From Patescibacteria group bacterium (GTDB lineage: Bacteria > Patescibacteriota > Microgenomatia > 2-02-FULL-39-11): a stretch of 64,000 bases of DNA. This document shows positions 28,486 to 38,940 of this stretch, one piece after another (the first letter of the stretch is position 1; every line of letters begins with the position of its first letter). The position numbers and the translations under genes were made by a program. The DNA lies in NCBI GenBank assembly GCA_023379265.1, contig JAMCUI010000009.1, forward strand, positions 252,908 to 316,907, written 5' to 3'. The notes under the pieces are model-generated. The model was not told where the DNA came from. It saw only the letters and a list, made by a program, of their open reading frames with translations, and searched no databases.

Positions 28486-29233
28486 TGTAATTACCCCCTC
28501 ATTCAATCAGGGTAACTTTATTGCAGAAACTATAGACTCGGTTCTTTCCCAGGGATATAAGAATTTGGAGTATTGGATAATTGATGGAGGTTCAACAGAT
28601 GATACAATTTCGGTACTAAAAAGATACGGTAAGAAAATCCAATGGATGTCCAAAAAAGATAAAGGTCAAACAGATGCGATAAATAAAGGGATGGAAAAAG
28701 TGAGTGGGGATATAGTTACTTATCTTAACTCAGATGATATTTTATTACCGGGAAGTATAGAAAAAATTGCTGACTTTTTTTCTGTAAATCCGGATATATT
28801 CTGGATTACTGGGAAATGCAAGATAATAGATGAAAAAGGTAATGAAATAAGGAAACTGGTTACATTATACAAAAACTTCTGGCTGAAATATTCCAGAAAT
28901 CCAATATTTCTCTCTATTTTGAATTTCATTTCCCAGCCTGCGACTTTCTGGAGAGCAGAAGTAATAAAATCAGTCGGTTTATTTGACGCCAGTCTTTATT
29001 ACACTATGGACTATGATTATTGGTTAAGAATGAGTAGAATATATAAACTGGGTTTTATCGATGATTATCTAGCATCATTCAGGTTTCATGATAAATCAAA
29101 AAGCTCAAAAAATGTTAAGAAATTGATTGAAGAAGGTTATAAGGTGGTCAAAGGACATGATAAGGGAATGTTGCCGACAATACACAGGTTACACGATATT
29201 TTCACTCTAACCGCTTACTCTATTATTAAATAA
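28448..29233 (+). CDS. GT2 glycosyltransferase (WcaE-like)
   Basis: TPSFNQG, DGGSTD, GQTDAINKG, LNSDD, QPATF, MDYDYWLR. Confidence 0.88.
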   Translation: MKKMKKNPLPKISVITPSFNQGNFIAETIDSVLSQGYKNLEYWIIDGGSTDDTISVLKRYGKKIQWMSKKDKGQTDAINKGMEKVSGDIVTYLNSDDILLPGSIEKIADFFSVNPDIFWITGKCKIIDEKGNEIRKLVTLYKNFWLKYSRNPIFLSILNFISQPATFWRAEVIKSVGLFDASLYYTMDYDYWLRMSRIYKLGFIDDYLASFRFHDKSKSSKNVKKLIEEGYKVVKGHDKGMLPTIHRLHDIFTLTAYSIIK

Positions 29234-30187
<954 letters not shown>

Positions 30188-30199
30188 AATTTTGTATTT

Positions 30200-31222
30200 A
30201 TGGTTAGCAAGAGATTCTGGAAAAAGAAAAAAGTACTCGTAACAGGTGCTTCATTTATAGGGTCACATCTTATAGATAGACTGGTGGATATGGGAACGAA
30301 GGTAAGAGTAGTAAATATAAGTAAAAAACATCTACCCTTTTTTTCTAAACTAGTGAGAAGTGGCAGCGTTGAATTCATATCTAGAGATCTTCGTAATTTA
30401 GAAAATGCGCAAAAAAGTGTAAGAGGAATTGATATTGTTTTTCACCTTGCCTGTAATTACGGAGGTAGAGGATACATAGATTTACATCAGGGTTCTACCT
30501 CATCTAATTTGCTTCTTGATGGATCTGTATTTTTGGCTTCACTAAATGAAAGAGTGGAGAAAGTGGTTTTTGCCTCTTCAGGTTGTGTTTATCCAAATTT
30601 TTTACAGACTGATCCGAATAAAACAATATATCTCAAGGAAGAAATGGTGAAACCTCCATATGATGTAGATAATATGTACGGATGGGCAAAACTTATGGGT
30701 GAGATGACTTTGCGTGCATATTATAGAGATTTCGGATTAAAGTCCGTTTCATGCAGGTATTTTTCCGTCTATGGAGAAAGAGAGGCAGAGAACCATGCGG
30801 TGATCGCCATGATTGCCAAAGCCTTCATTAGACAAAATCCTTATGAAATCTGGGGTACGGGAGAACAGATAAGAAATTGGACTTATGTAGCCGATACTGT
30901 GGAAGGTACGCTTTTAGCTGCAGAAAAGATAAATGACGCAACATCGGTAAATCTTGGAACTACTGAGAGAACAAAAGTAATTGATGCGGCTCGGGAGATT
31001 TTACGTTGTACGGGATCTAATGCTAAAATAAAAGTTTTACCATCCATGCCTACAGGACCTTACAATAGGGTAGCCGATAACCGGCTGGCAAAAAAGCTTT
31101 TAGGTTGGGAGCCTCAGGTGAAGTTTATGGATGGGTTACATAGGACAATAGAATGGTATTTTGCCAACAAAAATGAAAATCAGATCAGAAATTGCTTAAA
31201 AAAGATTCTTTTAGGGAGCTAA
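30200..31222 (+). CDS. NAD-dependent epimerase/dehydratase (GDP-mannose 3,5-epimerase-like)
   Basis: GGRGYI, ASSGCVYP, YGWAKLMGE, WGTGEQIR. Confidence 0.78.
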   Translation: MVSKRFWKKKKVLVTGASFIGSHLIDRLVDMGTKVRVVNISKKHLPFFSKLVRSGSVEFISRDLRNLENAQKSVRGIDIVFHLACNYGGRGYIDLHQGSTSSNLLLDGSVFLASLNERVEKVVFASSGCVYPNFLQTDPNKTIYLKEEMVKPPYDVDNMYGWAKLMGEMTLRAYYRDFGLKSVSCRYFSVYGEREAENHAVIAMIAKAFIRQNPYEIWGTGEQIRNWTYVADTVEGTLLAAEKINDATSVNLGTTERTKVIDAAREILRCTGSNAKIKVLPSMPTGPYNRVADNRLAKKLLGWEPQVKFMDGLHRTIEWYFANKNENQIRNCLKKILLGS

Positions 31223-31278
31223 CTTTCCCCTTTTACACGACCACCGGTTTTTATATACTTACGTTATTCCATTTGCAT

Positions 31279-32934
31279 ATGTTACGAATGTTTTCCTCAA
31301 CAATAAAAAAACATACTCCACTTTTTTTTATAATTTTTGCTTATATACTTCTTATTTACCGATATTCCGGTTTCGTGCCACTTTGGGATTCTTTCGAGTA
31401 TGTCAATACTCATATGTACAAAGCCGTGATTTCACAATTTAGCCTGCTGAATTTTAACTTTGCCGAGCATGTTTCTTTTGCCTGGACACTACTTACCAGC
31501 TGGCCTCAGTATTTAAGCTTTGGAAATATGACTCTTCTTCATTTTACTGTAGCCTTTTTTACTGTTCTTTCAATTATTTCATTTTACGGTATATTAAAAC
31601 ACCTTTTTTCCGGCAATAAGCATAATATTGAAGTAAATCTATTGACATTCCTATACGCTTTCTATCCTCCTTTTGTAGCAAATGCCCTGCAATATAGTCC
31701 TGATTACGGAGTTTTGGTTTTCTATACAATTTTTCTTTATTTTTTGATTACTAAACATAAAAAACTTACCATTTTGTCGGGTCTATGTCTCGTATTTACA
31801 AAAGAAACAGGTATTGTCTTATACATAATAAGCATATTTATACTCCATCTTTTTACTATATTTGAACAAAGACTGAATAGAAAAAATATACAAAATTTCA
31901 TATGGAATTTTTCAGCATACATATTGCCTTTTTTATTCTATGTTTTTTTTCAGTTTATTAAGGTTTTGAATTTTAGGCAAGAAGTTTTACCTTGGTATTT
32001 AGATCCAATGTCAGGAAAATTGCAAATGCCGTTATTTCCGGCAAGTGTTGTCCAAAAAATCCCCTTTTCTTATTTTTTGGGGATTTTTGTAATAAATTTT
32101 AATTGGATCTTATCTACGTTCCTCATAATAGGATTGGTACTCAGTTTATTCCATTTTTTCTCTCAAAATAGCATGAAATCCGGAAAAACTTGGGGCATAA
32201 ATAAGTCAATTTCCTATTTATATATAGTTTTTCTTAGTGCAACGGCTATTTTCAGCCTTTATAAAATCTTTACCAATCTGAGATATTTTTTGCCGCTTTA
32301 TGTTTTTATGATTATATTATTTTATTTTGGTTTGAAATCTGTTTTTCGAAAAAGGCGTATTGTAATTTTCATATTATCGATTATAGTTATAGTTTTTTTT
32401 ATATCCTGTTTTAGGACTGTAGATCCGGTTTCAAGGAAAATTTACGGTACTTTCAAATTCGGAAATCACGACATTCTGGATATGACGTCGATTACAGGAG
32501 AATGTTGCGGATATGGACGTGATCAACTCGTATATAATCTTGAGTATACTCATTTACACTACCTTTTAAATGATTTGCTCCATAATATTCGTCCTCCCAA
32601 CGAAGATGCTTTTGCCTATAATCTTCATGCAGGACCATTTCTATTTCCAGTTTGGGATAAAAGCAATTTTTCCAGAACTGTAAGCCATAAGAATGTACAC
32701 CCGGTATATATAATCAACTGGTATAGTTATCTTTATAATAAGCCTAAAATAATCTATTATATTGAAATGCCCAATACTGACAATACAAATTATCTCCAGT
32801 GGTATGAGACCAGAATGTATAGCCCGACTTTGAAATTACATTATGCTTTAGTGAAAGAAATGAGTTTTGATGATGACGGATACGCCCTTAAAGTATATAA
32901 GTTGAAATATAAAAGTGAGACACCTACCAGATAG
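31279..32934 (+). CDS. Divergent GT-C-like multi-pass membrane protein (putative GtrC-type transferase)
   Basis: PLWDSFEY after TM1, TKETG, NLRYFLP, about 11 TM segments, C-terminal soluble domain; start uncertain (31279 or 31288). Confidence 0.65.
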   Translation: MLRMFSSTIKKHTPLFFIIFAYILLIYRYSGFVPLWDSFEYVNTHMYKAVISQFSLLNFNFAEHVSFAWTLLTSWPQYLSFGNMTLLHFTVAFFTVLSIISFYGILKHLFSGNKHNIEVNLLTFLYAFYPPFVANALQYSPDYGVLVFYTIFLYFLITKHKKLTILSGLCLVFTKETGIVLYIISIFILHLFTIFEQRLNRKNIQNFIWNFSAYILPFLFYVFFQFIKVLNFRQEVLPWYLDPMSGKLQMPLFPASVVQKIPFSYFLGIFVINFNWILSTFLIIGLVLSLFHFFSQNSMKSGKTWGINKSISYLYIVFLSATAIFSLYKIFTNLRYFLPLYVFMIILFYFGLKSVFRKRRIVIFILSIIVIVFFISCFRTVDPVSRKIYGTFKFGNHDILDMTSITGECCGYGRDQLVYNLEYTHLHYLLNDLLHNIRPPNEDAFAYNLHAGPFLFPVWDKSNFSRTVSHKNVHPVYIINWYSYLYNKPKIIYYIEMPNTDNTNYLQWYETRMYSPTLKLHYALVKEMSFDDDGYALKVYKLKYKSETPTR

Positions 32935-32955
32935 TTATATCCGGAGGAGGAGATA

Positions 32956-34206
32956 TCAGAATCTTTTAAGAAATCTTTCTATCATCCTTTTGGTATATTC
33001 GATCATATCAGAGTTTATTCCTGGAAAAACTCCCAACCAGAAAGCTCGCGCCATCACTTCGTCGGCATTTACTATTTTTCCTGCAGTTTTATATTTTATT
33101 TTCAGGTACGCCGGATGCCGCAGAAGGTTTCCTGAAAAGACATTTCTGGTACCTATTCTTTCTTTTTCCAGATATTCAGTAAGCTGATTTCTGGTAAACG
33201 GTGCTTCCTTTCTGACAAGAAGTGGAAATCCAAACCAGCAAGGATCTTCTTTATCTGTTGGAGTAAGAAGTTCGAAGAATTTGATATATTTACTGAAGAA
33301 TTTATATAACTTTTTATAATTCTCTTTCCTTATTTTTATAAAATACGGCAGTTTTGAGAGTTGAGCCAAGCCAATGGCGGCTTGGAAATCCGTAAGTTTC
33401 AGATTGAAACCTATTTGTGAATAGATATATTTATGGTCGTAGCCTGCCGGCAACTCTCCCATCTTCCAGCCAAACCTCTTGCCGCATGTATCATCTTTTC
33501 CCGTATCACACCAGCAGTCCCTGCCCCAGTCGCGAAATTGCCTGATTGAGCGGTGGATAAGGGGGTTATTGGTAACTACCGCTCCTCCTTCACCCATTGT
33601 AATCTGATGAGCAGGATAAAAGGAGAATGTGGATATATCGCCATATGTTCCCACCATTTTCCCGTCATAACGGCTTCCCAAGGCATCGCAGCAGTCCTCA
33701 ATCAACCATAGATGGTATTTTTTGGCTAGTGCCACTATTTTATCCAGATTATAGGGATTACCAAGGGTGTGAGCGACCATTATCAGTTTTGTCTTTTTGG
33801 TTATCGCTTTTTCGATTTTGTCCGTGTCGATGTTAAGAGAAGAAAGTTCGGCGTCCACAAAGACAGGCGTCATGCCAAAGATGATGCCGGGGTTGACGGT
33901 CGTGGGGAAGGCGACAGCGCCGGTAATGAACTCATCACCTTTTTGTAAACGCCTTTCACCAAAAACTTTTGATGTAAGGGAAAAAAAGGCAGCCAGATTG
34001 GCAGAAGAGCCTGAGTTTACCAATGAAACATAACGTACTCCAAGGAAACGCGCGAATTCCCTTTCAAACTCTTTGGCAAATCGTCCTTCTGTCCACCAAC
34101 CATCTTTTGCTGCTGAGACGGCATTTTCTATTTCGTTTTCGTCAAATACTTTTCCAGAAGCTGGAATATAAGTCTTTCCCGGTATAAATGTTGTATCGTA
34201 AGGCAT
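32956..34206 (-). CDS. rfbH: CDP-4-keto-6-deoxyglucose 3-dehydrase (E1, DdhC/RfbH)
   Basis: NSGSSANL, EDCCDALG, SFYPAHQITMGEGG (His in place of the PLP Lys), RDWGRDCWC..DTCGKRF Fe-S motif, YDHKY. Confidence 0.92.
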   Translation of the reverse strand: MPYDTTFIPGKTYIPASGKVFDENEIENAVSAAKDGWWTEGRFAKEFEREFARFLGVRYVSLVNSGSSANLAAFFSLTSKVFGERRLQKGDEFITGAVAFPTTVNPGIIFGMTPVFVDAELSSLNIDTDKIEKAITKKTKLIMVAHTLGNPYNLDKIVALAKKYHLWLIEDCCDALGSRYDGKMVGTYGDISTFSFYPAHQITMGEGGAVVTNNPLIHRSIRQFRDWGRDCWCDTGKDDTCGKRFGWKMGELPAGYDHKYIYSQIGFNLKLTDFQAAIGLAQLSKLPYFIKIRKENYKKLYKFFSKYIKFFELLTPTDKEDPCWFGFPLLVRKEAPFTRNQLTEYLEKERIGTRNVFSGNLLRHPAYLKIKYKTAGKIVNADEVMARAFWLGVFPGINSDMIEYTKRMIERFLKRF

Positions 34207-34221
34207 AGAGTATATTAACTT

Positions 34222-34235
34222 TGTATTATAATACA
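34222..34235. promoter_or_regulatory. Perfect 14-bp palindrome carrying TATAAT on both strands
   Basis: tgtattataataca in the 59-bp gap between divergent rfbH and GT2 starts. Confidence 0.5.
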
Positions 34236-34265
34236 TGGCAATTACTTATAGAAATTAATTTCCAG

Positions 34266-34973
34266 ATGGGAACTGCTTCACTATCAATAATTTTGCCGGT
34301 ATTCAATGAAAAAGAAGTTATAGAATATGTCCTTTCGGAATGGAAAACGCTTCTCGAAAAAAACAAAATCCCTTTCAATTTCGTCATTTGTGAGGATGGC
34401 TCAACTGATGGAACAAAAGAATTATTAAAAAGACTAAAATTGAATTATCCTATTATCCTCAATCAGAAAAGGAAAAGGAGAGGTTACGGTAATGCAGTAC
34501 TTGATGGTATAAAGTCTGCATTGTCAGAGTTTTTACTTTGTGTCGATTCTGACGGTCAATGTGATCCAGAAGATTTTCTTAAGTTTTGGAAGGAGAGAAT
34601 GTCGGCAGACATACTGATTGGGAGGAGACGGGAAAGGTCCGATCCTCTACAAAGAAAAGTATTTTCTAATTTATTTAGAATAGTCCATAAAACACTTTTT
34701 ACAACGTCTATACATGATCCATCTACTCCCTTTGTCTTATTTAGAAAGAAGGTAGTTACTCCCTATATAAATTATTTGACTTACTTAAACGAAGGATTTT
34801 GGTGGGGTTTTATAGCTATGGCTGTTAAGGCTAAATTATCCGTAAATGAAATACCGATTAACCATCGTAAAACACTATGTAGTGTCAAGACAAAGGTCTA
34901 TACACTAGATAAAATTCCGTCTATTGCTTTCAGAAATCTGTTAGGACTTTTTCGTTTATACTTTACAAAATAA
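34266..34973 (+). CDS. GT2 DPM1-like polyprenol-phosphate glycosyltransferase
   Basis: LPVFNE, EDGSTDGT, GYGNA, DSDGQCDP, IGRR; ATG 34266. Confidence 0.82.
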   Translation: MGTASLSIILPVFNEKEVIEYVLSEWKTLLEKNKIPFNFVICEDGSTDGTKELLKRLKLNYPIILNQKRKRRGYGNAVLDGIKSALSEFLLCVDSDGQCDPEDFLKFWKERMSADILIGRRRERSDPLQRKVFSNLFRIVHKTLFTTSIHDPSTPFVLFRKKVVTPYINYLTYLNEGFWWGFIAMAVKAKLSVNEIPINHRKTLCSVKTKVYTLDKIPSIAFRNLLGLFRLYFTK

Positions 34974-34986
34974 ACGCTTATTGATT

Positions 34987-36045
34987 TCAAAAAGTAATTA
35001 TTTTATTTTTTAAGCCAAGTTTTTTTATATCTTTTAGAATTTCCTTCTTAAAGCGGAATGAGGAGACGAGTATCGGTTCTTTGTAATTCTCTAGATTTTC
35101 TGGCGGGATTATATCAATTCCTTTTAATTTTTTTCCTTGAAGATTTGTATTCCTATCTGCTAATTTAATAGTTTTTTGGGCAAGATTAGTGGTTGAAAGT
35201 AAGCGTTCGGTAAGAGATCCTGCACCCCAAACAATTATTCTTTCAGGAGCGGCATCAATAACCCGGTTTATCCTATCCATTTTTGATTGTGATAATTGGA
35301 TATACTTGACCATAGAATTTCTTACGCCTCCATCTTTTTGCCACACTGAATAGATAGCCTTCCCGTCTGAAGATACATACAACGGAAAAAATTCATACAT
35401 TAGAGAATGAAGTGAGGATTTGCCAAAAAAATTGATATGTTCCAGTGAAAATTCTCCAAAAGGTTCTTCGAAATTTCTGTAAAAATTATCTGCATCAGGT
35501 ACGCATATGAATATTTTCCCTCCATCATTTATAAGACTGCCCAGTATGTGTATGGCTAAAGTGACTTTATCCAGATGTTCAAGAACGGCCGAAAGAATAA
35601 GGAAGTCATATTTTTTAGTGCCTGATTTCAGGTTGAACAGATCATTTGTTTCTACAGTAATGCCGTATTTCTTTTTTGCCATTTCTTTGCAGCGGGGAGC
35701 GGGGTCGACTCCGGAAAGGTTTTTGAAACCGTCTGTTTTGAGGAGATAAAGGAGATGTCCGGTTGAGCAGCCTATGTCCATGATGCGGTCTGATTTGTTT
35801 ATAAATTGTTCAATTATTTTAACGCAGTCTTTATGCAACTGGAAGTCCCGCGTGTCTTCATATTTTGACATTTTTTCATAATATTTGGCATAGTAAGTCT
35901 GTCTTGGGGAATTATTTACAAAAACAAATCCGCACCTGTTACATAAGGCAATATTATGTATTAGACCACCAACAAATTTCTGCGTAAACAATACGGTATT
36001 ATTTCTGCTGGTACAGATAGGACATGGTCTAACAGTCTGTCTCAT
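34987..36045 (-). CDS. Class I SAM methyltransferase with N-terminal Zn knuckle (sugar C/O-methyltransferase-like)
   Basis: CPIC..CNRC, MDIGCSTG, VLEH, EHINFF, C-terminal IIVWGAG domain. Confidence 0.8.
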   Translation of the reverse strand: MRQTVRPCPICTSRNNTVLFTQKFVGGLIHNIALCNRCGFVFVNNSPRQTYYAKYYEKMSKYEDTRDFQLHKDCVKIIEQFINKSDRIMDIGCSTGHLLYLLKTDGFKNLSGVDPAPRCKEMAKKKYGITVETNDLFNLKSGTKKYDFLILSAVLEHLDKVTLAIHILGSLINDGGKIFICVPDADNFYRNFEEPFGEFSLEHINFFGKSSLHSLMYEFFPLYVSSDGKAIYSVWQKDGGVRNSMVKYIQLSQSKMDRINRVIDAAPERIIVWGAGSLTERLLSTTNLAQKTIKLADRNTNLQGKKLKGIDIIPPENLENYKEPILVSSFRFKKEILKDIKKLGLKNKIITF

Positions 36046-36977
36046 TTATTCTTGTTTCCAATAATTTTATCGATGATATAAGTCGGCCTGGCTTTGGTTT
36101 CTTCCACTATTACCTGTATATATTTGCCTATTATACTGATGGCCAAAAGCTGTATTCCTCCAAAAAAGACGATTGAAACTAATATGGTGACAGCACCCTT
36201 TATTGGGTTGCCGTAAATAATACTTATGAGGATATATAAGATAATAAAAAGAAATGACAAGATTACCAATATGAATCCGAAATAAGCCATCAGATCCAAT
36301 AGTAGGTATGAAAATCCAAATACACCCCTTTCAGCATGCTTAAAGTAATCGAGTATGTTATAAGAACTTTTACCTTTTTTTCTTTTGGGCCGGTCGTACA
36401 AGACATAAGCCGTATCAAATCCTACCCATGCCCTGAGTCCTCTGAAAAATCTGTATTTTTCTGGTAATGATTTGATAGCCTGCTGCACCTTTTTATCCAT
36501 AAGTCCATATCCGCTGGCGTTTACCGGAATTTCGATATTTGATATGAGCTTAAAAATTTTGTAGAAAAGCTTTCTGAAAAATATGGTGATAAAATAGTCA
36601 TCAATCTTTTTATACACTCCAACAACAACCTGGTAACCTTTTTCCCATCTTTTAATAAATTCCTTGATGAGATCCGGAGGGTCTTGAAGGTCTGCAGCAA
36701 AGCCGATTATTGCCTCACCTGTAGCCTGATCATATCCCGCCTGAGCAGAAGCTTCCGCGCCGAAATTTCGTGAAAGGAATATTCCTGTAACCCTTCTATC
36801 TTTTCTGACTATTTTGGAGATTATGTCCCTGGAGTTGTCGCTGCTGCCATTATCCACAAAAACAAATTCATAAGAATATTTGGGAATCTGCTTTGTTACT
36901 CTCAATAGGGTTTTATAAGCATTTTCCAAATTTAATTCTTCGTTGAAGCAGGGGATGACAAAAGAAATTTTCTTCAT
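36042..36977 (-). CDS. GtrB/ArnC-like polyprenol-phosphate glycosyltransferase (GT2 + 2 TM)
   Basis: PCFNEE, SRNFG, ADLQDPP, RFFRGL, two C-terminal TM segments, RPTYII. Confidence 0.88.
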   Translation of the reverse strand: MKKISFVIPCFNEELNLENAYKTLLRVTKQIPKYSYEFVFVDNGSSDNSRDIISKIVRKDRRVTGIFLSRNFGAEASAQAGYDQATGEAIIGFAADLQDPPDLIKEFIKRWEKGYQVVVGVYKKIDDYFITIFFRKLFYKIFKLISNIEIPVNASGYGLMDKKVQQAIKSLPEKYRFFRGLRAWVGFDTAYVLYDRPKRKKGKSSYNILDYFKHAERGVFGFSYLLLDLMAYFGFILVILSFLFIILYILISIIYGNPIKGAVTILVSIVFFGGIQLLAISIIGKYIQVIVEETKARPTYIIDKIIGNKNK

Positions 36978-36990
36978 ACGAGGTAAAAAT

Positions 36991-37809
36991 TTATTTTATG
37001 AGATTTCGGATTCTTTTTACTGCCGTCTTAAAACCAGCAAAACCGTCCGTATATCCAAGCCAGATTTCAGGGACGATCATTCCTTTATATTTTTTTAATT
37101 TCTCAAAGATTGGTTTGAAATTTATTTCCCCATCGCCAATTTGCACACCCTCGCCATCCTCACCTGTTGCATCTGCGATGTGAAGATGAGCCATATTCTG
37201 GATAAAAATCTCAAATTGAGCCATAAAATCCTTTTTTGCATAATTACAATACAATTTGGAGTGAGAAATGTCGTAGCAGATTTTTCTTTTTGTAGTTTTG
37301 CAAAACTCACCGATTTCCTCACCATCCATAAATATATTCGAGTTCCATTGCCCACCGAAATACCAGGGAAGAGGAGGCAGATTTTCTACCAGAATTTCAG
37401 AATTTTCGGTTCGTAAGAGAGATAGACTCTTTATGAGCGTTTCCATCCTGTAAATGTTATTCTTGGGTATATCTTTTTCATATGACATGCCTCCGGGATG
37501 CAAGATAAAAATATTTCTTTCATTAGTGAAATAGCTGAAAAATTTTTCGCTTTTAGAAATTATATTTTGCAGAATATCAAGTGATTCATTTAGAGGTAAT
37601 ACCTGATTCTCCGGTTTAATGTTTGAGATGTCTATCAAGTGTCCGCTCCAAAATTCGGGGAGATGGATTATGGCAGGAATAGGATATTTTATTTTTGGGG
37701 AAAAAGGGTAATCTGCATCTTTGTCAGAGAATTGGAATTCCACAAATTCTGGATCAAGTTCCATGACTTGGTCAAAATCTGAAAATCTGGTTTTCAAACC
37801 TATTTTCAT
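36991..37809 (-). CDS. Xylose isomerase-like/AP-endonuclease-2 TIM-barrel protein
   Basis: HPGG, ENLPPLPWYFGGQ, DISHS, HLHIADA, EGVQIGDG, PEIW. Confidence 0.78.
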   Translation of the reverse strand: MKIGLKTRFSDFDQVMELDPEFVEFQFSDKDADYPFSPKIKYPIPAIIHLPEFWSGHLIDISNIKPENQVLPLNESLDILQNIISKSEKFFSYFTNERNIFILHPGGMSYEKDIPKNNIYRMETLIKSLSLLRTENSEILVENLPPLPWYFGGQWNSNIFMDGEEIGEFCKTTKRKICYDISHSKLYCNYAKKDFMAQFEIFIQNMAHLHIADATGEDGEGVQIGDGEINFKPIFEKLKKYKGMIVPEIWLGYTDGFAGFKTAVKRIRNLIK

Positions 37810-37815
37810 ATCTAA

Positions 37816-38862
37816 TCATTGAATATCGCTATGGATGAAATAATCATTTTTAGCTATATTTCTTTTTGTTTTTTTACCTATAAGCTTATCAATGAGCTGG
37901 GGACTGAGACCTTTACCCGGGCTTTTTACATCAATCATTCTGTGAGTAATTACTTCTCCTGCCTTTATTGGGACTGCGGCCACCAGACTTTTGCCAAAGA
38001 CTTCCCTAGTCAATATTTCCCCTCTGGCTATAGTTCTTATGCCGTTTCCTATTGCCACTTCTGCGACTCGAATTCTGTCCACCATTTTCTTTAACCCTTC
38101 GGGCATGATAGATAAATTATGATCGGGTCCGTCCATAGAGCGGTCAAGCGTAAAATGCTTCTCAATAATGTTTGCTCCCAATGCTACTGCACAGACTGCA
38201 ACAGTGATTCCTCTTTCATGTCCAGAGTAACCTACCGGTACTTTATACGTTTCTTTTAAGACATTAATCATCTTTAAGTTAACATCCTTGAAATTGGCCG
38301 GGTAAGTACTTACGCAATGCATAAGTGCGAATTTAGCTTTGTTTTTGTTGAGAAATTTTACCGTATAGTCTATTTCTGACGGATTTGACATACCTGTTGA
38401 AAGTATTATAGGTTTTTTAGTTTTAATAATTCGATGAATTAATGGTATATTTGTTAGATCTCCAGAGGCGATTTTATATAGAGGAACTTGAAGGGATTCT
38501 AAAAATTCTACGCTTTCCAAATCAAATGGTGTCGCAAAAAAAATAATCCCTATTTCGTCACAGTACTTTTTCAATTCTATATATTCACTTTTATCAAGTT
38601 CATATTTCTTAAATATGGAAAATAGATATACTGTTGATTGACTATCCTGGTTGGGATCGTTGTATACATCTTCTTTGTATATCGCCTTCAAATCCCTTTT
38701 TTGAAACTTTACCGCATCAGCGCCGCTGTCTTTAGCCAGTTTTATCATTTTCTTAGCCAGCGAAAGATTACCGTTATGGTTTAAGCCTATTTCTGCCACT
38801 ACAAATGTAGGATGCCCTTCACCTATCAGTCTTCCGTTTATATTCAGAGTACGGTCATTCAT
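37816..38862 (-). CDS. neuB: NeuB-family (N-acetylneuraminate synthase-like) PEP-dependent synthase with SAF domain
   Basis: AEIGLNHNG, AVKFQKR, KIASGD, LSTGM, HCVSTYP, GYSGHE, EKHFTLD, GPDH. Confidence 0.9.
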   Translation of the reverse strand: MNDRTLNINGRLIGEGHPTFVVAEIGLNHNGNLSLAKKMIKLAKDSGADAVKFQKRDLKAIYKEDVYNDPNQDSQSTVYLFSIFKKYELDKSEYIELKKYCDEIGIIFFATPFDLESVEFLESLQVPLYKIASGDLTNIPLIHRIIKTKKPIILSTGMSNPSEIDYTVKFLNKNKAKFALMHCVSTYPANFKDVNLKMINVLKETYKVPVGYSGHERGITVAVCAVALGANIIEKHFTLDRSMDGPDHNLSIMPEGLKKMVDRIRVAEVAIGNGIRTIARGEILTREVFGKSLVAAVPIKAGEVITHRMIDVKSPGKGLSPQLIDKLIGKKTKRNIAKNDYFIHSDIQ

Positions 38863-38940
38863 AAAAAGTTATTATACATTTTATTTTTTCTTATGACCAG
38901 CTGGCTAATTAAAAACCGATTGTACTGTTACTCTTACACT

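Noticed and set aside
37816-38862. Canonical sialic, legionaminic or pseudaminic acid pathway
   Set aside because: No NeuA/NeuC, aminotransferase or acetyltransferase partners in the window; cannot be excluded genome-wide
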